A stretch of 63,978 nt of DNA, counting the filler, from Candidatus Woesearchaeota archaeon (GTDB lineage Archaea > Nanobdellota > Nanobdellia > Woesearchaeales > CG1-02-33-12): NCBI GenBank assembly GCA_018399355.1. It is 6 parts of 6 records of this genome, joined end to end, with 100 filler letters (N's around TTAATTAATTAA, not from the genome) between each part and the next. Parts side by side here need not be neighbours in the genome. Positions count along the whole stretch, not along the records: positions 58,301 to 63,978 come from JAGYOA010000049.1; 5 more parts are not named here. One strand, written 5' to 3'. Every line of letters begins with the position of its first letter. The first letter of the stretch is position 1. Position numbers and translations under genes: made by a program. The notes under the pieces are model-generated. The model was not told where the DNA came from. It ran no database searches and was given only the letters and a program-made list of their open reading frames with translations. This document shows, piece by piece, positions 58,201 to 63,978 of the stretch.

Positions 58201-58300
58201 NNNNNNNNNNNNNNNNNNNNNNNNNNNNNNNNNNNNNNNNNNNNTTAATTAATTAANNNNNNNNNNNNNNNNNNNNNNNNNNNNNNNNNNNNNNNNNNNN
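58201..58300. other. Artificial contig spacer
   Basis: 44 N + TTAATTAATTAA + 44 N. Confidence 0.98.
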
Positions 58301-58989
58301 TCTACAACATCTCCTGTTGTTTCATCTAATTTATAATAAGAAACTAAACTAGTGTTCAAATCCTCTGTCCAATCTGCCCATTCCTCAATTCTAACTTCTT
58401 CTTTATCATCAACTTGAAATGTAGGTATCCATTCAACTTTATCTCCTTTTTGAACATCTGTAAAAAGTCCAACAATTATTTTTTCTCCACTTTTAAAATC
58501 AAATTTATTTAAATTAATCCAATCAACTCTATCTTCAAAATGAGAACCTATTAATTTCTGTGTGCATACTTCAGTATTATTTTTAGAACTTTCATTATAA
58601 ACTTCTTTACAAATAGTTTCATAATCATTAACTCCAACTTGTTTAGTTCCTTTTATTTTATAATCAATATCCCTATTAATCTCTTGCATATTATTCTTTT
58701 TATCATATAAATCCATTTGAGAAACTAATATTTTTAAATCAGTTAAAGAATTAATTTCGTATTCAGCAACTTTCTGATAACCTCTTGGAACTTTATTATT
58801 AATAGGAGTTATTAATTTTAATTCAGCAACATCATCACTAAACCAACCAAAAACATCTATCCAATATTTATCTTTAATTGTAATTGTTTGAGTATCCTGA
58901 ACATCTTTGTAAAGTCCTGCACTAAGGTAACCTAAGTTCACAAAGATTAGTAGTATAAGTATACTCAAAATAAGATAGCTTTTTCTCAT
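58301..58989 (-). CDS. Secreted protein entering a LamG/concanavalin-like domain, 3'-truncated
   Basis: N-terminal hydrophobic signal; LNTSLVSYYKLDETTG just before the gap. Confidence 0.6.
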
Positions 58990-59510
58990 ATAAACCCCCC
59001 TCCTAACTCTCTATCTCTTAATGCACCTATAAATAAAAACACTCCTCCAAGTATTCCTATAACTGCACTCCAATATGGAAGATATTGCATTATAAAGTTT
59101 CCCATTGTAAATTCTGATAATGTTTCACCAAAAACTTCGTTACTCAACAGGGACATATATTCATTACTAATATAAACACTTACAATAATTGCAAGAATTG
59201 TCATTAGAATATAAACAATAAACCATGCAGGATGTTCTCTTACTAAAAAGTTATGGACTAAAATGCTAAATGCTCCTCCTGCAAGAATTAAGAAAGCAAT
59301 GATATTTAATCCACTTGCCATATCTCTTGTTACAGGCTCAAATACAGTTTCTGTTATATTTGTTATATTTAATTCCCCTACACTTCCAACTCCACTTAAT
59401 CCTTCATAAACTTGTGTGTGAAAATAATATAATCCTGCGAATACAAACAGAGTTACAAATGCAATTATTATCCAAACTATTCCATCCATAATTGAAGCTT
59501 TTTTATTCAT
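58986..59510 (-). CDS. Four-TM protein with class III (pilin-type) signal peptide
   Basis: MNKKA/SIMDGIVWIIIAFVTLFVFAG; HPAWF; ATGA overlaps at both ends. Confidence 0.7.
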   Translation of the reverse strand: MNKKASIMDGIVWIIIAFVTLFVFAGLYYFHTQVYEGLSGVGSVGELNITNITETVFEPVTRDMASGLNIIAFLILAGGAFSILVHNFLVREHPAWFIVYILMTILAIIVSVYISNEYMSLLSNEVFGETLSEFTMGNFIMQYLPYWSAVIGILGGVFLFIGALRDRELGGGFI

Positions 59511-59707
59511 ATTCTTGTTCTCTTTATTTCTTCATCTAACCAATTTGAGTTAAGCAATAATTCTTCTTGTCCTTTAACTCTTGTTAGTGCAAGTGTGATT
59601 CTTCTTTGCGAAACCATTATTCCTTTCAATGCTAACTTACTTTGTAGTTTCTCAATATACTCTTTAAATTTCTTATCTACTCTTATTCTTGCATCTCTTA
59701 CTCTCAT
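59507..59707 (-). CDS. Small basic, possibly RHH-like DNA-binding protein
   Basis: ARIRVDKKFKEYIEKL...SQRRIT; overlaps both neighbours. Confidence 0.55.
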   Translation of the reverse strand: MRVRDARIRVDKKFKEYIEKLQSKLALKGIMVSQRRITLALTRVKGQEELLLNSNWLDEEIKRTRI

Positions 59708-60519
59708 TTTTTAATCTCTAATCCTCTGAAGATTGCCTCCTGTAATTTAGTATCTGCGATTGTTGTAAGAATTATTATTGCAATAACAGCTATTGTTATT
59801 GGTGCTATTGAAACTAATAAAATCCAAAAGAACACATCAAAGAAAACAGGTGTGTCATCTAAGAACATAAAGTTCATAGCCATACTTCTTCCTACAAACA
59901 AAAGCAATATCATTAATAAATAGGATAAAAAGAAAAGTGCAGTTTTCTTTGTTCTATTTCTTGTTACTTCAACAATCACTCCTTCGCTGGTTGTGTAATT
60001 TCCCCATTCAATACTATTAAACCAAAAGAAACTACCTAAGAAAAGAACTAAAAGAATAAATAAAATTATTCCATACATTACTGCTTGTGAAACTGAAGGA
60101 GATTTTCCTCCTGCTGTTACTAAAAAAGTTCCTGCTAATGTTCCTCCTGCTCCCCCATTTTGACAATAAACTCCATAAGGATATTGTCCTGCATATGAAA
60201 AGTTAGAACCTAATATACAAACATTCCATCTATTTATTTTATATTCTGCATCATAAGTAAAAACCAACCTTCCTGTATCATTAAAGAAAAAGAAAGTGCA
60301 ATTAGATGTTTCATTTGTAATGCTTACACCATTAGTATTATTAGAAAGAAAAAAGTTATAGCAGTGATCCTCATTTAACTTTAAAATTTCTTGTTGTTCT
60401 TGAGTAATGATATATCCTTCTGGATAATTTTGGACTGTTGTTACAGGAGGAACAGAAGAAATAAAAGCCAAACTAAGAATAAATAAAAATACAAAGCTAA
60501 TTAAATTTTTTTTTTTCAA
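59704..60519 (-). CDS. Membrane glycoprotein-like protein (signal, extracellular domain, three TM)
   Basis: TTG start; sequons NNT, NET, NCT, NDT, NFS; three C-terminal TMs. Confidence 0.7.
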   Translation of the reverse strand: MKKKNLISFVFLFILSLAFISSVPPVTTVQNYPEGYIITQEQQEILKLNEDHCYNFFLSNNTNGVSITNETSNCTFFFFNDTGRLVFTYDAEYKINRWNVCILGSNFSYAGQYPYGVYCQNGGAGGTLAGTFLVTAGGKSPSVSQAVMYGIILFILLVLFLGSFFWFNSIEWGNYTTSEGVIVEVTRNRTKKTALFFLSYLLMILLLFVGRSMAMNFMFLDDTPVFFDVFFWILLVSIAPITIAVIAIIILTTIADTKLQEAIFRGLEIKK

Positions 60520-60520
60520 T

Positions 60521-61165
60521 TTATTTTATCCACGAGGTTGGTTTAAATAATGAAAATTTCTTTTGTGTTTGATTTAATCCTCCACCATAATTTCCCATTC
60601 CCATATTACCCATTCCAAGAGGCTCACTTTGAACAACACTTCTTGCTGTTCTTAATGAGTTTCTTTCTCCTCCTGATAAAGCTCGATTATAAGAAGCTTC
60701 AACTGTATTAGTTATATTCATTACAATCATAGGATAATGTTTCATTTTTTCTTTAGTATTCAAACCAAATTTCTGGTAATTATTAAATATAAAATCTGTT
60801 AAATAATCATGAAATTGTTTGCATCTTATTCTTATCTCCTCTTCTTTAAAATTAGATAATAAAATATTTTTATTTAAATACCATGCAAGTAAATTTAAAA
60901 TCTCATTAATTCCTGTTTCATTAAGAATCTGGTCTTTCTCTTCTGGAGCAACAAAATAAATTCTTCCTTTTTTATCTGACTTTGGAATGTGCTTTCTTAA
61001 TAAGTGTTCAATTCTTTCAAGTTCTTCATGAATATCTAATTGCCATCTAATTAAATTTTCTTGATCCTCATTTCTAAAAAAGGTTGGAGCATTATAATTA
61101 GGCTCGTCAATATATTCATAGTTCCCCCTATTTGGATTTGTTGTTTCATCATATAGTGTGTTCAT
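60521..61165 (-). CDS. Soluble helical hypothetical protein
   Basis: 214-aa ORF; WQLD...IEHLLR, LNKNILLSN, YNRALSGGER. Confidence 0.7.
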   Translation of the reverse strand: MNTLYDETTNPNRGNYEYIDEPNYNAPTFFRNEDQENLIRWQLDIHEELERIEHLLRKHIPKSDKKGRIYFVAPEEKDQILNETGINEILNLLAWYLNKNILLSNFKEEEIRIRCKQFHDYLTDFIFNNYQKFGLNTKEKMKHYPMIVMNITNTVEASYNRALSGGERNSLRTARSVVQSEPLGMGNMGMGNYGGGLNQTQKKFSLFKPTSWIK

Positions 61166-61180
61166 TTTTATATTTAAAAA

Positions 61181-63978
61181 TTATATCCCCCTTAAGATTT
61201 TCATTCCCAAAGCTTTCTCTGTAAAACCTTGTGCAAGAATTTTAATATCTTCTCCTTTTAATTCTTTTTTACTAACTCCTAATCTTCTTGTTTTAACTTT
61301 TGTTAAAGGGAAGTATAAGGAAGTTGTTGGAATTATTGGTTTAATAGGACTATAAATTTTTGTTGTTGTTATTGGTGTTTTTGGAACTGTTGGAACAGAA
61401 GCCATTTTCATTATTTGTTTTGAAGATAGTTTTTGTGCTTGTCTTGTTTTAAATATTTGTTTTGTTTGAGATACCTGTCTTGTTTCTGTTATCTGTCTTG
61501 TTCTTTGTTGGTTTAATTCTCTTTGTATATTTCTCTGACTTGTTAATTGTTTTGAAACTGATGTAAAACCTAAAATTGATGCTATTCCCAATGCTGTTTT
61601 CATTCCAACACCTTTCCCTTTAATATATTTTATGTTAGGGGATTTAACTTCTTGAATAGGAGGTTTAAATCTTTTCACATATTTTGTTGCAGGTTCTACA
61701 AAAACTTTCTGTTTAATTTTTCTTAATGAAACAAGAATTCCTCTTGCAGATTCTGGGACTTCTTTTTTTATTGTAGGTGTTCTTCTTTGTTTTGTATAAA
61801 CTCTATTAACTTCTTGCATTTTCTTAATCTCTCTATTAATTATTTCCCTTCTCAATTTTTCTACTTTTTTTGGAATTTTCAATGTTTTTATTTTTGGTTT
61901 TGTATAAATTTGAATGAACTCTCTTCCAACTCTTTGTTCTATTGATGTTCTTATCGTTGGACTTATTTTTTTAATATCAGCACTTTTTGTTCCTTTAGAT
62001 ATTCTCAATGAAACATCTATCTCTCTTGGTTTTCCAGACTCGATTGTTTGTGGAACTCTTGCTCTAACATCAAGATATTTTTTTCCACTTTTTAATTGAA
62101 CTCTTCCTTTTCTTGCACTTGCTTGAACAATATATTTAAATGAATATTTTTGTTTAGTTAAAGAGAAAACTCCTTTTTGTAAATCTTCTCTTTTTAAAAT
62201 ATCCACCTCTGTTTTTTTTACTCCTTTTATAGAAGGAAGTTCTTTATATTTTCCAATATGAGTAATTGGTTTTCCTGTTCCTTGTTGTTCATATCTAATT
62301 GCCTTTTTACCTTTTGAAATAACCTCATAGATATTTAGATCTTTTTTTAAATCTACTTTTTCAACTTGTTTAATTTTTTGTTTTTTTAATATTCCTCCAA
62401 GAGAATCATCTGTTCCAATTTTTCTAATTCCAACTTCTTTTATTTTTCCTCCTTTACCTATTTTTAAAAGTTTCATTTCTCCTTTTCTTGTTTGTAAATT
62501 AAGATCTATCTTCCTCAAATATTTTTTATTTATCTTTAATATTTCAGAATAAGATTTTTCTGTGAACTTTCCTTCTCCTTTAAAAACTTTTGGTTTTTGG
62601 GTAAATCTTCCGACATCTCTTAATTCTATTATTTTTAAATTAAACTCTCCTCTACCCAAATATTCTTTTTTAATAACTCTACCTTTTGGTCGAGTATATA
62701 ATTTTAAATATTCTTTCTTTCCAGAAGAACCAACTAATTTAAGAACTTTTATTCTTTCTTTAGTAGCATTATAAAAATCTTTTTCTTTTCCTTTTACTAT
62801 GTTTAATTCTGACTTTGTAAAAAATTTTAATGGAAAAGGTTTATATACTTTTGAGGATAAATAAGAACCTGCTTTTATTCCTGCACCCATTAAATAAAAT
62901 GTCTGTGTTGCTTTTCCAACAACACTCGCTTTCTCTTCTATTGTGGTTGCTTGTTCTATCCCTTTTTTTACATTGTAAGCATAAGCACCTGCTAATGTTA
63001 CTCCTCCAACAATAGCAACACCTTTTCCAACTGAATAAACTTTCGCAGGTAAATATAATTTCCCTGCTGTTCCAGCAGTTTTTATTCCAAAACCTACACC
63101 TGTTGCTAATGCTAAAGTTGAACCAAGATTAATTACACCTTTTACATCTTTTGGAACTTGTGCTTCAGCCCAACTCCTTCCTGCTCTTGATATTTTTGTT
63201 TGTTCAATTATGTTTGTGATGTCATATGCTTTTGTTCCTTTTTCAACACTAAATCCTTTTACAATTTTTTTATCTCCAACTTCTAAATAAGAAAAAAACT
63301 TAGCATCTCTCTTCGGAGAAACAATAATATCTTTAATTTCTTTTCCTGCTGTAAAAGTATCAACAGCAACACTCTTGACACTACTTCCAAATTTTTTATA
63401 ATCAAAAGGTTTTACTAATGCAGAAACCTCTCCACTCTTTTTTGATACCTCTCTTGGAATATAAACTGTTCCTGATTTTCCAACAGCTTCTTCTCCTCCA
63501 ATCATATACTCTGCAACCTGAATTGTTCTTTGTGATGCAGATGGAGTTCCTCCTTCTGTTGTAGTTGTAGTAATTCCTAATTCTTCTGATTCTTTTTTTG
63601 TAAGAAAAATTCCTCCTCCCTCTGCAATAACTTCTTCTCTCGAGGGCATTGTTGGAATAATGGGTTTAGAAACTTCTTGCTCAATCATTCGTGAAGTTGA
63701 TAATTCAGCTCCCCCTTCTGTAAATTTAACTTCTCTAATTTCTTCTCCTTTTGGAATTGGTTTTTTAAAAGTATATTTAACAGGAGTTTTTGTTTGAGCG
63801 TAAGGATCTCCTTTCTTATCATAAACAATTCTTCCTGTTTCTTTTCCTCCTTTATAAAAAACTTCTTTTTGTGTTTTTCCTTCATCTATTTCTTGAACAC
63901 TTCCCGTGAATTGAAACTGAGATTCTCTCGCTAACCTTCTGCTCTTTGCTGTATCTGGAACAAACTCTTGATAAACTC
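61181..63978 (-). CDS. Very large (>930 aa) Lys/Arg-rich protein, 5'-truncated by window edge
   Basis: Frame stays open upstream of 63688 to the window end; central Gly/Ala-rich hydrophobic helices; highly basic C-terminal half. Confidence 0.75.
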   Translation of the reverse strand, partial: VYQEFVPDTAKSRRLARESQFQFTGSVQEIDEGKTQKEVFYKGGKETGRIVYDKKGDPYAQTKTPVKYTFKKPIPKGEEIREVKFTEGGAELSTSRMIEQEVSKPIIPTMPSREEVIAEGGGIFLTKKESEELGITTTTTEGGTPSASQRTIQVAEYMIGGEEAVGKSGTVYIPREVSKKSGEVSALVKPFDYKKFGSSVKSVAVDTFTAGKEIKDIIVSPKRDAKFFSYLEVGDKKIVKGFSVEKGTKAYDITNIIEQTKISRAGRSWAEAQVPKDVKGVINLGSTLALATGVGFGIKTAGTAGKLYLPAKVYSVGKGVAIVGGVTLAGAYAYNVKKGIEQATTIEEKASVVGKATQTFYLMGAGIKAGSYLSSKVYKPFPLKFFTKSELNIVKGKEKDFYNATKERIKVLKLVGSSGKKEYLKLYTRPKGRVIKKEYLGRGEFNLKIIELRDVGRFTQKPKVFKGEGKFTEKSYSEILKINKKYLRKIDLNLQTRKGEMKLLKIGKGGKIKEVGIRKIGTDDSLGGILKKQKIKQVEKVDLKKDLNIYEVISKGKKAIRYEQQGTGKPITHIGKYKELPSIKGVKKTEVDILKREDLQKGVFSLTKQKYSFKYIVQASARKGRVQLKSGKKYLDVRARVPQTIESGKPREIDVSLRISKGTKSADIKKISPTIRTSIEQRVGREFIQIYTKPKIKTLKIPKKVEKLRREIINREIKKMQEVNRVYTKQRRTPTIKKEVPESARGILVSLRKIKQKVFVEPATKYVKRFKPPIQEVKSPNIKYIKGKGVGMKTALGIASILGFTSVSKQLTSQRNIQRELNQQRTRQITETRQVSQTKQIFKTRQAQKLSSKQIMKMASVPTVPKTPITTTKIYSPIKPIIPTTSLYFPLTKVKTRRLGVSKKELKGEDIKILAQGFTEKALGMKILRGI

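Larger units (their letters stand above)
58301..63978 (-). mobile_element. Putative virus/mobile-element contig; no hallmark gene visible
   Basis: Six co-oriented, tightly packed ORFan-like genes; visibly more A/T-ending codons than contigs 1-5; no housekeeping gene. Confidence 0.55.

Noticed and set aside
12639..58300. Five identical TTAATTAATTAA palindromes within N runs
   Set aside because: Artificial all-frame-stop linkers between size-sorted contigs; ORFs running into them and cross-gap gene neighbourhoods are artefacts
320..63885. Numerous 60-175-aa ORFs antisense or out of frame to long genes (e.g. 3000-3527, 10609-11097, 32286-32690, 63685-63885)
   Set aside because: Shadow ORFs overlapping well-supported genes, with no motifs or independent expression signals

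Overview
AT-rich archaeal sequence, most consistent with a DPANN (Woesearchaeota/Nanobdellota-like) genome bin. This is an inference from the gene set: thermosome, Cdc48, FEN1, TFS, Nmd3, eS8, eL37, Lsm, class I CCA enzyme, histone and S-layer protein. The window is six unlinked contigs joined by artificial 100-nt spacers (44 N + TTAATTAATTAA + 44 N) at 12639-12738, 25000-25099, 36634-36733, 47626-47725 and 58201-58300, so adjacency across spacers is meaningless. Contigs 1-5 carry mostly housekeeping, peptide-scavenging, oxidative-stress and cell-surface genes, plus tRNA-Leu(TAG). Main points of interest: (1) a Trm5 tRNA methyltransferase with a complete ~258-aa metal-binding TIM barrel inserted into its SAM-binding domain; (2) a type IV pilus/secretion-like locus with an unannotated RHH regulator, two coiled-coil proteins and three tandem paralogous membrane proteins; (3) an unannotated C/D-box sRNA whose guide resembles the complement of the 23S A-loop; (4) one S-layer anchor module reused in three different surface proteins; (5) a deoxyhypusine synthase + atypical decarboxylase operon; (6) bacterial-type FabD and MetK and a GxHH-motif IleRS; (7) a compositionally distinct, virus-like last contig with no recognisable hallmark gene. 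All assignments come from reading motifs by eye; no database searches were run.
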